Assembly (NCBI RefSeq): GCF_963921235.1
Contig: NC_086097.1
Span: 151,096,001-151,160,000, forward strand
Origin: Mobula hypostoma
Lineage: Eukaryota
Length of the DNA stretch: 64,000 bases
Reading direction: 5' to 3'
Both the position numbers and the translations under genes were made by a program. Shown here one piece after another: positions 25,625 through 39,128 of the stretch (its first letter is position 1; every line of letters starts with the position of its first letter). The notes under the pieces are model-generated. The model had not been told where the DNA came from. It searched no databases and was given only the letters and a program-made list of their open reading frames with translations.

Positions 25625-26495
25625 CTTTACTTTTTCAATCTTTTTATTAAGTTTCAAAATTAATAAACGTAACAATAATAGTGATGATACATAGAGATCG
25701 GGATTACAATAATAACAGTTAACATGAACAAGCACAGATTCCAAGTAACAAATACAGTTTAGCCTCCCAATCTCATAGTAACTGACCATGAAAGAGATAT
25801 TTTATAAAGAGAGTAAAAAAAACCCTAAACTAAAAAAATACAACGAAACAAAAAAAAACAAAGCTTGGGCTGTCATATTACATCGGCTAAAATTATTATT
25901 TGTTGTTAACTCTGCTCCTCTATACATGAACATATAGTTACTACAAAGGATTCAGAAAGGGTCGACTTACATCATATGAAAATATTGAATAAATGGCCTC
26001 CAAGTTTCTTCAAATTTAACCGAAGGATCCATAGGTACCGCTCCTAATTTTTTCCAAGTTTAGGCATGCTATTGTTTGGGAAAACCACTGAAATGTAGTG
26101 GGGGGATTAGAATCTTTCCATTTAACTAAAGTGGATCTTCTGGCTATTAATGTAACAAATGCAATTAGACGACAAGCCTATCAAAGTCTATCACTGGTAG
26201 TCCAAACATTGCAGTAATAGGATGAGGTTGTAAATCAATACGCAGAACTACTGAAATAATATCAGAAATATCTTTCCAGTATTTTTCTAGAAGAGGACAA
26301 GACCAGAACATATGTGTCAAGGCAGCTACCTCTGAATTACATCTATCACAAACAGGATTTATGTGGCAGTGAAAGTGAGCTAACTTATCCTTGGACATAT
26401 GAGCCCTATGAAACACCTTAAATTGTATCAAGGCATGTCTGGCACACATTGAGGAAGTATTAACTAATAGAAGAATTTTCTCCCATTTGGGCAAT
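25625..26495 (-). mobile_element. L1-clade LINE 3' end
   Basis: ORF2 C-terminal zinc motif IQFKVFHR..CDRC..LTHMFWSCP..YW, with a T-rich (reverse A-rich) tail at about 25625. Confidence 0.9.
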
Positions 26496-26574
26496 AAATT
26501 CTGGCTTAGCTGGTGACACCTGCATCCCATAAATGAATGACTAAAATAATAATTTTTAAAAAAAATTCGGCCTC

Positions 26575-29090
26575 AGAAGATGTTGTTGATTATCAAGGAT
26601 GTGGTCTCAGGGTACTTGGAGGCACATGATAAAATAGGTTGTAGTCAGCATGGTTTCCTTAAGGGAATTTCTTACCTGACAAATCTGTTGTAATTCTTTG
26701 AAGTATCAAGCAGGATAGACGAAGGAGAATTGGTTGATGTTGTGTGTTTGGATTTTCAGAAGGACTTTGACAAGGTGCCACACAAAGGATAATTAACAAG
26801 TTCCAAGCCCATGGTGTTTCAGGGAGGATTCTAGGATAGATAAAGCAGTGGCTGATTGACATGAGGAAACGAGTAGGAATAAAGGGAGCCTTTTCTAGTT
26901 GGCCACCAGTGACTGGTGGGATTCCACGGGTGTCTGTGTTGGGACCAATTCTTTTTATGTTATGTGTTAATGATTTGGATGATGGAATTCATGGCTCTGT
27001 TGCAAAGTTTGCCGATGATATGAAGATAGGTGGAGGGACAGTAGTTTTGAGGAAGTGAAGAGGCTACAGAAAGGCTTAGACAGGTTTGGAGACTGAGGAA
27101 AGAAGTGGCAGATGGAATACAGTGTCAGGAAAGTGTATGGTCATGCACTTCGGTAGAAGAAACGAAAGGGTTGACTATTTTCTAAATCAGCGGTTCCCAA
27201 TCACTGGGCTGCGGACCTGTACCGGGCCGCAAAGCATTTGCTACTGGGCCGCGAGGAAAGGATATGATATGGCGATATGAGTCAGCTGCATCTTTCCTCA
27301 TTCCCTGTCACGGTCACTGTTGAGCTGGAACACACGCGAGGTCATTACCCACGTGTCATCCATGTCAGCGCGGGAAGGAGATCAACTCCTCGAGCTTGCA
27401 AATGACGGCAGGCTGAAAAGTATGTTTGACATAACATCTCTGCCGGATTTCTGGATCAAAGTCAAGGCTCAATATCCTGAGATAGCCACGATAGCACTGA
27501 AAACGTTGCTTCCATTTCCGACATATCTCTGCAATGAATGCAACGAAAACTAAATTGCAGAATAGGCTGGACATAAGGAACCCTGTTCGAGTATCACTGT
27601 CGCCCATCACCCCTCGATAGGACCGTGTTGTTGCAGGGAAACAAGCCCAGGGCTCCCACTGATTCAGCGATATTGGTGTGTTGCAATGATTTTATATGTT
27701 CATATGGGGAAAATATGTGCTGTGTGTTTAATATCCAAACATTACTTAAAATGTTATGATGCTATTGATCATATAACAATTACAGTACGGAAACAGGTGA
27801 TCTCTGCCCTTCTAGTCCGTGCCGAACGCTACTCTCACCTAGTCCCACCGACCTGCACTCAGCCCATAACCCTCCATTCCTTTCCTGTCCATATAGTTAT
27901 CCAATTTTTCTTTAAATGACAATACCGAACCTGCCTCTACCACTTCACCTGGAAGTTCGTTCAACACTTACTTCAAGCTCCACTGGTAATTGACTTATCA
28001 CTATATTCATGCGAGGAAAATATGCGCTGTGTGTTTAATATTAAATTCGTTAGATAAACCCTTTTAGAAACGAAATTGAGTGTATTAGCCACTTATCACC
28101 TATATTGCGTTTGTGATTAACACCCCCCCCCGAACAGAATCGCCAAAAATCGGCACGTACAAGTATGCGCACTGGTGCCCGCGCAAGGCTTCATGGTCAT
28201 TGTAGTCTTTCTTGGGGTAAACCTAACGCATTTGACTGCTACTCTTGTTCATTGGCAACCCTACCACCCCCCCAGCTCCGCTCCCGGTCGGCCGGTCCAC
28301 AAGAATATTGTCAATATGAAACCGATCCGCAGTGAGAAAAAGGTTGGGGACCCCTGTTCTAAATGGAGTGAAAATACACAAAAAAGGAACTTGAGAGTCC
28401 TTGTTCAGGATTCCCTAAAGGTTAATTTGTAGGTTGAGTCTGTGGTGAAGAAGGCAAATACAATGTTAGCATTCATTTTAAGAGGACTAGAGTATAAAAG
28501 CAAGGATATAATATTGAGATTTTATAAAGCACTGGTGAGGCCTTACTTAGAGTATTGTGAGTAGTTTTGGCCCCTTATCTTAGAAAGGATGTGCTGAAAC
28601 TGGTGAGGGTTCAAAGGAAGTTCACAAAAATCATTCCAGGTTCGAATGGCTTGTTATATGGCTCTGGGCCTGTATCCATTGGAATTCAGAAGAGTGACAA
28701 GTGACCTCATTGAAACCTATCAAATGGTAAAAGGCCCTGATAGAGTGGATTTAAAGTAGATGTTTCTTATGTTGCGAGAGTCTAAGACTAGAGGACACTG
28801 CCTCAGAATAGAGGGGCATCCTTTTAGGACAAAGATGAAGAGGAATTTCTTTAGCCAGAGAGTGAGTGATGAATCTATGGAATTTGTTTCCACAGGAAGC
28901 TGTGGAGGCCAAGTCTGTATGGATATTTATGGCAGAGGTTGATAGACCTTTGACTGGTCAGGACATGAGGGGTATAGAGAGAGGAGAGTAGATTGGGGCT
29001 GAGATGGAAATTGGATCAGTCATGGTGAAATGGTGGAGTAGATGTGATGGGTCAGATGGCCTAATTCTGCTCCTATATCTTATGGTCTCA
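26575..29090 (+). mobile_element. CR1 RT-to-3' fragment interrupted by a hAT element
   Basis: GIPRVSVLGPILF..AKFADDMKIGG, CMVMHFGR and ESKTRGHCLRIEG; tail at about 29060-29090. Confidence 0.9.
27188..28356 (+). mobile_element. Non-autonomous hAT (Charlie/Buster-type) DNA transposon, copy 1
   Basis: TIRs cagcggttcccaa / ttggggacccctg, perfect 8-bp TSD ttctaaat, and a transposase C-terminal dimerisation remnant (LPDFWIKVKAQYPEIA..ALKTLLPFPTYLC..GKQAQGSH*). Confidence 0.95.
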
Positions 29091-29099
29091 CTTCACCTG

Positions 29100-31900
29100 G
29101 TCATCCAGTTCACTCCTGAGTTTGGGACCCGCTTGGCTGTAACCTCAGTTGACATAACCCTGTAAATTCGTGAAGATGGAGGAAACCATTGACCTCAACA
29201 AACTCCCACAGGAAGATCGTAAATTAACCATCACCTTCAGTGAAAAGGAAGCTAGCACCCTGCCTGCTCACACATGACATGACTACACGATTGACCTCCT
29301 CAAGGACATTTGATCTCCTTTTCTCCTTCTGAAACTCAAGCCATGAATGACTACATCACTGAAGTGCCATTCCTGTCTCCCGCCAGCGCAGGATTCTTTT
29401 TTGTCAAAAAGAAGGATGGGGGTCTTCATCCCCGTATTGACTATCATTAATGCAACAAAATCACCATTAAGAACCACTACCCTCACTCCTTGATGGACAG
29501 CACATTTGAAACATTCTATGAGGCCTGGATCTTCACCAAACGGGATCTACAGAGTGCATGCAACCTGATCCACATCTGCCAGGGGTATAAGTGGAATATG
29601 GTGTTCAAAATCCCACCAGCCACTGCAAATACTTTGTGATGCCTTTCAGACTTTCCAACAGTCCAGCCATTTACCAAGCCTTCACTAACGAGATCCTCCG
29701 AGAGGTGCTACACAGGTTTGTGTTTGTTTACCTCAACGACATCATTTTCTCCAAGAACCCAAGACCATGTCTGTCAGGTCCATTCAGTCCTTCAGCAACT
29801 CCTCGAAAACCAACTGTATTACAAATTAAAAAATTGAATGTTTCATACCCCAGTCATTTCCTTCCTGGGTTACATCATTTCGCCATAACCTTGGACCCAG
29901 AGAAAGCGTGTGCTATCATTGAACATCCCCAATTGCGCACCCTCAAACAGCTAAAGCACTTCCTGAGCTTCATCTACCATCATTTCATCAGAACCTACAG
30001 CCAGATCACTACTCCTTTCATCTCTCACACCAAATCGCCTACCTCACAGATAACTTGGTCTACTGCTGTGACCACGCTTTTCAGTAGTTCGAGAGACGCT
30101 TCACCACTGATCCCAGTCTCTGCCATCTGAACCCCTGCAGACTTTTCGTGGTAGTTGTGGATGCATCTGATATGGGCGCTGAGGCCACTCTCTCTCAGTG
30201 AGGACTGGATAGGACGACACACCCTTGTGTCTTCTTCTCACCCAAGTTGAAGCCTGCACAGCGTTATAATGGAGTAGAGGATTGGGAGCTACTCACTATC
30301 AAATGGGCACTGGAGAAATGGAGACATTGACTGATGGGAAACACTGAATCCCACTTGAACTGGACTGACCACCAGGACTTCCTATCCATACAACAGACCC
30401 ACAGACTCAACCCATGTCAGGCTCTGCTCTCTTCTTCAAACGATTCAACTTCACCATCTCCTAATGACCCTGATACAAGAACACAAAGAAGGACACCCTG
30501 TCATGACAGTTCAACCCAGATGAAATAGAAATTGACCTTCAGCCCATTATTCCATCCTCTCAAATCCTCACCCTGATCATCTGGGACCTTGAGAATCAGA
30601 TCGGCCAGGCCCTACAACGTGAGCCTGCTCCAGCCGACACACCTGTCAACAGCATGTACATGCCGGTGACCGTGTGCTCTGACACGTTACATTGGACCAC
30701 CCCTCACCCCTCTCTGGCCATCCAGGAGCACAACGGATTCTAGGTTTTTTGTGATGTTAATTCTGTTGATCCACCATGATCGCAGATATATGTCAGCTCT
30801 TTGCTGCCTGCCCTCAGTGTGCTTGGTTTAATTCCTCCAAACAGCATCCCTAGGGCTCCTGCAGTCCCTTAACACCCGTGATCCCACATCTCCATGGATT
30901 TCATCATTGGTTTGCCACCTTCCGATGGAGCCATGGTAATCATGACACCTCTGACTATTATCCGCTAATATCAGGTGTCAGTCAGGAAGAACCAATCAGC
31001 AAGTGGACCAGCTCTAACACTTCCACATGGAAGAAGTATCTACTCTGGACCGAGCTGTCCAACAATCTACACACCTCCTCTGCCACAGAAGTTCTCTGTG
31101 GCTACCAAACCCTGCTGATCCCCACGGAGGAGGCCAGAGTGGAGATCTTCGATGGAGGCCATCCTAGCTACCGACTGCGCCTACTGCCACTAGGCCAACT
31201 GCCAGTGGTTCCCAGCCAACCTTCCCTCGCCTGGGGAACGTGTCTGACTGTCTACCTGAGATCGGCCCCTGCACACCGACTCCCACAAGTTCATGCCCCG
31301 GCTCGTTTCTCCCTTCAAGATCACCCGTTGCATCAATCCAGTCACTTACCATCTCCAGCTGCCACTATCCATCAGGATCACACCTATCTTCCATGTGTCC
31401 TGCCTCAAGCCGCTTGTCTATGGACCACCCAACCTACCTGAGCATGCTGCTAAGTCAGCGGGAGACGGTCCAGTGTTTATGGTCCACCGATGGATGGATT
31501 CACATTGCTGTGGAGAGGGTGTGCAGTACCTGGTTGATTGGGAACAGTACGGCGCAGAGCAGAAGTTTTTGGCTGCATCCAGATACATCTTGGATCAATC
31601 ACTCATTCACTGGATCCATCCAGATTGTCCTTTGCCTTGGTGGGGGGGGGGGAGCCATAGACAGGGGTGTGTGCTCCTGTCAGGCCAGCTCCTACTGACT
31701 TCTCCTAGGCTGCACATGCAGTTGTCTCCCAGTCACCACCCAACTAATAGGATTCACCTGCCACTCATTCCACACTCATCACCTGCAGCCTATTTAACCC
31801 TGTTCTCATTCACAGACCTTGTTCACTCGTCAAACCAGCTGGCCTCAACCAGTTGCTCCTAGCCTTCACTCTCCCTATCTAAAGTTTATCTTGTTACTTG
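29100..31900 (+). mobile_element. Decayed chromoviral Gypsy (Sushi-like) pol and 3' LTR fragment
   Basis: YFVMPFRLSNSPA..FVFVYLNDII (RT), VDASD (RNase H), LPLSIRITPIFHVSCLKP (integrase C-terminus), VQYLVDWEQYGAE (chromodomain), purine run at about 31640-31665. Confidence 0.9.
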
Positions 31901-31904
31901 TTGA

Positions 31905-32610
31905 ATTTGAATTTGTTTAAATCTTACTTACATCCCACAATGTGAGGGAGCAAAAATCTTTGTGTTATGACTCTGTTGCAATGTGTAGACATGTGAATTT
32001 AAAAGTCTAGTGGCTTGTAGAAAGAAGCCTGTAGCCTGTTGGTCCTGGCTTTAATGCTGCAGTAGTGTTTGCTGGACGGAAGCAACTGAAACAGTTTATT
32101 CTTGGGTTGACTAGTGTCCCTGATGATCTTCTGGACCTTCTTTCTGCGCCTGCTGCTATAAGTGTCCTCAGTGGAGGGAAGTTTACATCCACAGATGCGC
32201 TGGGCAATCCATACTGCTCTCTGCAGTGCCCAGCGATCAGGGTTGGTGCAGTTCCCGTACCAGGCAGTGATACAGTCAGTCAGGATGCTCTCAATCGTGC
32301 CCCCTAGAAGGTCTTGAGGATTGTGGGGTCCATGCCGACCTTCTTCAGTCACCTGAGGTGGAATAGATGCTGTTGTGCTTTTTTTTTTGCCATAAAGCTG
32401 GTATGTATAGTTCAGGTGAGATTGTTGGTGATATGTATACTGAGGAACTTGAAACTATTCACCCTGTCAACTGCAGTCTCACTGATTTTGATTGGGGTAA
32501 GCCTGTCTCTGTTTCTCCTGTAATCCACAATCAGCTCTTGTTTTTTGGACACAGAAGGAGAGGTTGTTGTTCTGACACCACCGTGCCAGTGTGTCAACCT
32601 CTCCTCTGTT
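31905..32610 (-). mobile_element. Rex/Babar-type LINE 3' fragment
   Basis: TIESILTDCITAWYGNC..LLPSSKHYCSIKARTNRL and ELIVDYRR..FKFL. Confidence 0.88.
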
Positions 32611-32739
32611 GTGTTTAGTTTCTGTTCTCTCTTTTTGTGGCCCCTTGTTGCTTGTTATTTTGCAGTCGGTTACAAAAGTTATTGTTCTCAACTGAATTGT
32701 CTCTGCTGCTCCGGTCAAGCCTCCTTTGCGTTTCCTGAC

Positions 32740-33385
32740 AGCACACAACACCTTTACTTTCTGAAGAGGTTGAAGAGAATTGGACTATGCACATCTATAC
32801 TCAGGTCCTTCTACAGATGCACTGTAGAGAGTATCCTAACCAGCTGCATCACTGCACAGTGCCAAAATAGCATTCTGGTGGACAGGAAGGCTCTACAATG
32901 AGTAGAAAAAAACTGCGCAAAGCATCACTAGTACCAACTAATCAGCCATCAGAAAGGTACCAGAAAAGGGACAGTAATATCATGAAGGATCCCACCCATC
33001 GAGCTCGTGCACTGTTTGTCCCACTCCCATCAGGGAAGAGGCTACGTAGCATCCATGCCAAGACCACCAGACTCAAAAACAGTTACGTTCCCCAATCAGT
33101 AAGGCTAATCAACAGCTCCACCCCTCCCCACACCCCACTAGTTTATCATTTCCTGTCAGAGTCAACTTATATACGGACACTCCTGTGCATCAACTTATGA
33201 ACATTTAATAAATTTATGTATAGAAACTATCTTAAGTGTTTATTTTTGTTGTGTTTTTAATTATTGTTTTCTTTATCTTGTTGCATGTGTTTTTTTGTGC
33301 TGCATCAGATCTGGAGTAACAGTTATTTCATTCTCCTTTACACTTGTGTAATGGAAATAACATTAAACAACCTTGAATCTTGATG
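32740..33385 (+). mobile_element. Rex/Babar-type LINE 3' fragment
   Basis: QHLYFLKRLK..FYRCTVESILTSCIT and LPSGKRLRSIHAKTTRLKNS; tail ttgaatcttga. Confidence 0.88.
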
Positions 33386-33719
33386 TTCATGTTGAGAAGT
33401 TATTATACTTTAAGTCATGTAGTTACATTAGGAACAGCTGATGGCATTGCTATAATGATCTGTTTCAGGCCATCCTCATTATTATATGCTTTGATCTGGA
33501 GACTATAGTTGTGGATGCAGTGTTTAATTTTTCATTTTGATAACAGATTTCTACAACTATATGCTTTGTAAGGGTGAGAGATGTGGTTTAATATTGTTCA
33601 AGTGCTTGGCAGGTAGGCAGAGGTCCCCTGTCAATCTTCTGCCTACAGTATGTCAGCAAAGCCCATCAATAAACTGATATTTTGTCTCACAAAAGAGAGG
33701 TATTAGTTCAATCAAAATC

Positions 33720-34070
33720 CATCATTGTCATTATGTGCCAAGTCATATCACATGAGCCATCAGGGCTCTTGGCAATTTTTTTCTACAGAAGTGGTTTGCC
33801 ATTGCCTTCTTCTGGGCAGTGTCTTTACAAGACCGGTGACCCCAGCCATTAGATTGTCTGTCCGGTGTCAGTGTTCACATAACCAGGCCTTGTGATATTA
33901 ACCAGCAGCTCATATAACCATCCACCACCTGCTTCTGTGGTTTCACCTGACCCTGACCAGGGGGCTAAGCAGGTGCTACACCATGCCCAAAGATGACCTG
34001 CAGGCTAGCAGAGCGAAGGAGTCCCTTGTACCTCCTTTTGTATAATGATCTGCTCCACCCTGCCACCCTC
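33720..34070 (-). mobile_element. RTE-related short retroposon
   Basis: gaagtggtttgccattgccttc resembles RTE/BovB-type motifs; (atc)n-like tail at about 33720. Confidence 0.5.
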
Positions 34071-35222
34071 AATTAAAATTATCCAATCAAAATTCCAAAT
34101 TGCAAAATAAAAGGGAAGAACGATCCACTGTGAAAAAGTGAGTCCAACGGATTTGGGATAATTTGCAATCATCTGTTCAGCCTTTTAAACTGAACTTCCT
34201 TCAAATTTACTTTGTAGATCACTGGCTTTGGTGTTGCACATAGTAGTCAAGCTGCGTTCCCAGTTTCTCATCCTTATTTATTTTTCCAATTTTCTCCTTT
34301 GGAGTGCCTTACCCTTATTGAACAGGTCAGCATGATTGTTGATTTCAGACTTTTCCTTCAAGTCAGCACTATAATTTAACAGCAGAAGATAATTGATTTG
34401 CTATTGTCACAAGGTAGAAGGAAAGCCTTTTGTCTGCATGCCGCCGAGACAGAGACAGTACAAAAGGGAGGAAAACAGAATGGAGAAAATAATGTTACAC
34501 TTACAGAGAAAGTGTAGCACAGGTTGCTAAGAGTCTTATAACAGTGGGTGTGCAAGATGAAGATCAAGATTGTTTAATGTCATTCCCAGTACACAAGAGT
34601 AAAGGAGAATGAAAAAAAATGGATCCAATGCAGGTGGAAGATCGAAAAACAGTCTAAGATAAACTATCTCCTTTCTGTGCAATGACTCCAACTACACAAT
34701 GTGCCACAGCTTAAACTAGCAATGTGCTAATGTACACAGAGTCTCCATCACATCATGTGATTTCTTTAATGACTAGGAACAATTTGAAAATGAGATCGTG
34801 CATGTATTATTGCTGATTATGAACAAGATTCATCAGTGACTACACGGTCTGATCAATGCATGGCCATTGTTTGGTTAGAGAATGTCAAAAACCTGGTCAT
34901 AAGTTCATTGGTCAGGAATATACAGCAGTATTTATTAATCTTCATTTACTAAATATTACAGAAACACAGCTTCTCCTGGCCCTATATTGTTCATGAGAAA
35001 TCTTGTTCTCGCTGTGTCTCATTTTGGTGTGAATATTAGTTGTTTAAAAAAACGTCTTCAGCACTGTTAGGTCATGTCACTGCAAAAGTATTTCTTTGTT
35101 TCCTCATTAGCTATGTTCAGTTCTAAGCAGTTCCTTTGGTGCCAATGAAAAACAAAGTGTGACTGCTATACTCATATAGAAAATTTTGGTACTGGTATCT
35201 CTTTAATGCATGCTGTACTCAC

Positions 35223-35282
35223 ATTTCCCTCAGGACTACACTGCATTTAAGGCATTTTTCTTTGTTGAAAAGTAATAGAAAC
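35223..35282 (-). pseudogene. Candidate 60-nt exon
   Basis: Acceptor aaaatag| (weak tract), reads FLLLFNKEKCLKCSVVLRE, donor AT|gtgagt. Confidence 0.4.
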
Positions 35283-36449
35283 CTATTTTTGCATTAAAAT
35301 TGAACACATCCATTTTGCCCTACTTGAACAGTTTCCTATGAGCACAATAAAATCCAATTTGTGACATTTATATGCATAGTGATTCAGTTAGAACATGTGA
35401 ATCTGCATTTTTTTTCAATTTTAGCCTCACAGTTAGGTGTTTTAACTCTTGTCCTTAGAAGCCAATCTCAAAACTTTGGGTTTGTGTGATCTGTTTACAA
35501 CAGTTTCACAACATTTATAGAGCACCTTTAATAGAGTGAGTCATACCAAGATGCTTCACAGGCATAAATTCATCTAACTAATTAAAGATATATTAGGCTG
35601 AGGGATTACTTTGGTTACTGACGCAAGATTTACAGATTGTCTAAAAAGAGGAGAGATGAGATGAATGGTTGAAAATATTAACTGATAATAATGAGACAGA
35701 TATTACAAAGGATGCAAATTGATCTCAGAATTGATGGAATGTAGATTACTCACTAATTTATAAGGTTTGAGGAAGTTACAGAGATTTGGAAAGATAGGAA
35801 GAATTTTGGAAGGAAGCACTAACAGAGGGTGTTATATTAACAAATATAACTATCCTTCATCAAAGATCCCTATCATCCAAGTCAATCCATCTTCTTGCAG
35901 CTACTATTGGGAAGGTGATACAGAAGCCCAAGTCCAACACCATCTGGGTTCAAAAGCAACCACTTCATTTATCCTCTACTTGAGGCAGAATTGGACTCCT
36001 TTTCTGATATGAAAAGCTTTTCTGATCCAGGAATCTGGAAAACAACCAGGGACAACACCTGAGAACAATTTCCCAGTCATATACAATGATCTAGAGGCTC
36101 TTCAGGATCCTGATTGTGCCACCCTGTAACCCATGATCATAATTAATCTATACACCAAAGGACAACTTGTCCATTTCCCAGAATGACTAGATGTGACGAT
36201 GGTCCAGTACTCTCCTCAGCTAGCCCATAAACACACTTTGCTCCAAAGCTCAAATTATGAGCAAATACTCTATCTAGATACAAAACCCATCAGTTTTTGT
36301 CCTCATTTCATGATATCCTTACATTTTCAATTATTTGTTCTGTATTTTGGTTTCCATGTTGAAAATGATGAAATCTAAAGATCTAAGTTTTCTTGCTGTT
36401 CTGACAGATTCTGTACAATTGTAAAGCAGTAACTGAATAGCAAAGACAC

Positions 36450-36498
36450 CTTGGTTTCACAGCTGCCTCTTTGCACTTTTGTTTCTTTCTTTGAAAGC
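36450..36498 (-). pseudogene. Candidate 49-nt exon
   Basis: Acceptor gtttcattcttgttcag|, reads FQRKKQKCKEAAVKP, donor AG|gtgtct (weak). Confidence 0.35.
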
Positions 36499-36559
36499 CT
36501 GAACAAGAATGAAACAAGACATTTCTTGTAGCATGGCAGATCAATATGAATTGATGCAG

Positions 36560-39128
36560 GGTACACGATTTCAGACTTGTGGATCATTGGGATCTCTTCT
36601 GGGGAACGTATTTCTTGTACAAAAGGAATGAGTTACAGCTGAATTTGAGGGTGACCAATATCCTTTGCTAGAGGTTTAAACTAATTTTGCAGGGGAGTGG
36701 GAACCTGACTGACAGGTCAGAGGATAGGACAGTTAGTGTAAATGTTAACGAGATGTGTAGAGAGACTTGGAGAAAGGATAGACAATGGGTAGATTACAAA
36801 TTCAGCCAGTTGGATGGGTTGAAATGTGTTTACTTTAATGTGTGAAGTATCAGGAACAAGGATAGTGAACTTAGAGAACATCGGCCAGTATTTGGAATTA
36901 TGACATTGTGGTCGTTACAGAGACTTGGCTAACACAAGGGCAAGAATAGCTGCCAGATGTTCTGGGGGTTAGATGTTTCAATTACTATGGCGGGGGGGGG
37001 GTAAAAGAGTGGCATTGCTAATAGGAATACAGCTGCAGAAAGGAAGAACTTATGGAGGGTTCATTTCCTAAGTCAATGTGGGTGGAAGTCAGAAATAGTA
37101 AGTGAGCAAGTGAGAGAGTATTCTATCGACCCACCCCCTAAAAAAAGCAATAGAAACCCAGAGGAGTAGATTAGGAGGAAGATTTTGAAAAAGTGCATAA
37201 ATAACAGGGTTGTTGTCTTGAGTGAATTCAAATTCCCTAATATTGATTGGGACCTCCTTAAATCAAAAGGTTTAGATAGGGTAGAATTTGTTAAGCATGC
37301 CCAGGAAAAATTAGTGACACAATATGTGGGCAGGCTGACTAGAAGAGAGGCCATGCTGGATCTGGTACTCGGCAATGAATCTGGTCAGGTGACAGATCTC
37401 TCGGCCAGTGAGCATCTTAGAGACACTGTTCACAACTCCCTGACCTTTATCATAGCCTTGGACAGGGATAGGAGCAGATGGGATGGGACAGTATTTAGAT
37501 GGTGTGGACAAATTATGATACTGTTGGGACTGTAAATTGGAAGCAGATGTTCTGAGGGAAATGTACAATGGAAATGAGGAGATTGTTCAGCAAACACTGG
37601 CAGGGGGGTCTGGATAAATTTGCTCCATTGAGGCAGGCAAAGATGGCATGGTGAAGGAACCACTGTTAACAAGAAATGTGGAACATCTAGTCAAGAGGAA
37701 GAAGGAAGCATACTTAAGGTTTATGAAACAAAGATCAGACAGGGCTCTTGATTGTTATAAGGTAGCCAGGAGGAAATTAGAAAAGGACTTACAGGTGCCA
37801 GTAGGAGACATGAGAGGGCCTTAGTGAATAAGATTATGAAAAACCCAATACATCTACACATATGTGAAGAACAGGAGGATGACTAAAGTGAGGGTAGGAT
37901 GAGTCAGGGATAAAACAAGAAATATGTGCCTGGAGTAGGAGGAGGTAGCGGAGGTCCTTAGTGAATACCTTGTTCCAGTATTCACTAGTGAGGGAGACCT
38001 GTGAATGTGAGGTTAATATAAAAGGATCATGTGCTGGAACATGTCGAGGTTAAGAAAGAGGATATGCTGGGAAATTTTGAAAAAACATTAGGATAGTTAA
38101 GTCCCCAGGGTCAGGTGGTATATAACCTAGGTTACCAATGGAAGGGAGGGAAATAATTGCTGTGTCATTGACGATGATCTTTCTGCCTTCACTGGCCACA
38201 GGATTAGTACTGAAAGATTGGAGGATGACTATTGTTATTCTTCTGTTCATAGATGGTAATAGGGATAATCCTGGGTATTATAGTCGAGTGGGTCTTACAT
38301 CAGTGGTGGGCAAACTATTGGGGAGGATCCCTAGAGTCAGGGTTTATGAGCTATCAGAGAAGAATAGTTTGATTAGGGATAATCAGTGTGACTTTGTGAG
38401 GAATAGGCTGTGCTTCAGAAACCCAAATGACTTTATCAAGGAAGAGGCAAAACAAGTTGATGAAAGTAGAGAGTGGATGAGATGTATAAGGCATTCAACA
38501 AGGTTCCATAGTAGACTCCTTCAGAAAGTTAGGAAGCATGGATCATGGATTTGGAGTTGGCTTGTCCACAGAAGGCAGAGGATAGATATTAGTAGATGGA
38601 CCGTATTCAGCCTGGAGGTCAGTGACTAGTGGTCTCCACAGGGATCTGTACTGGGACCCCTGTTCTTAGTGAATTTTATAAATGACTTCGCTAAGGAGGT
38701 GGAAGATAGGTCAGTAAGTTCACAAGTGACGGAAAGATTGGTATAGTGGATAGAGTTAATGGTTGTCTTGGGTTACAATCGAATACTGATAGGATGCAGA
38801 ACAGGGCTGAGAAGAGGTAGATGGGAGTTCAATCTAGATAAGAGTGAAGCAGTACACGTTGGAGTGTCAAACTTGAAGGCAGAGTACAAGGTTAATGGCA
38901 GGTTTCTTAGCAGTGTGAGAGAATGGAGAGATATTAGGGTCCATGTCCATAGATCCGTCAAAGTTGCTACGCACGTTGAAAAGGTGGTTAAGAAGGTGTA
39001 TGCAATGTTGACCTTCATTAGTCAGGGGATTGAGTACAGGAGTCATGAGGCAACATTGCAGCTCTACAAAACTCTGGTTGGACTCCTCAGAGTATTGTTT
39101 TCAGTCCTGGTTGCCTCATTATAGGAAG
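36560..39128 (+). mobile_element. Long decayed CR1 (esterase end, APE, RT); resumes at 44909
   Basis: FKFPNIDW..LDLVLGNESGQV, NRDNPGYYSRVGLTSVVGKLL and LQLYKTLV; breaks at tataggaag and continues gatgtgaaagc after the Gypsy element. Confidence 0.9.
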
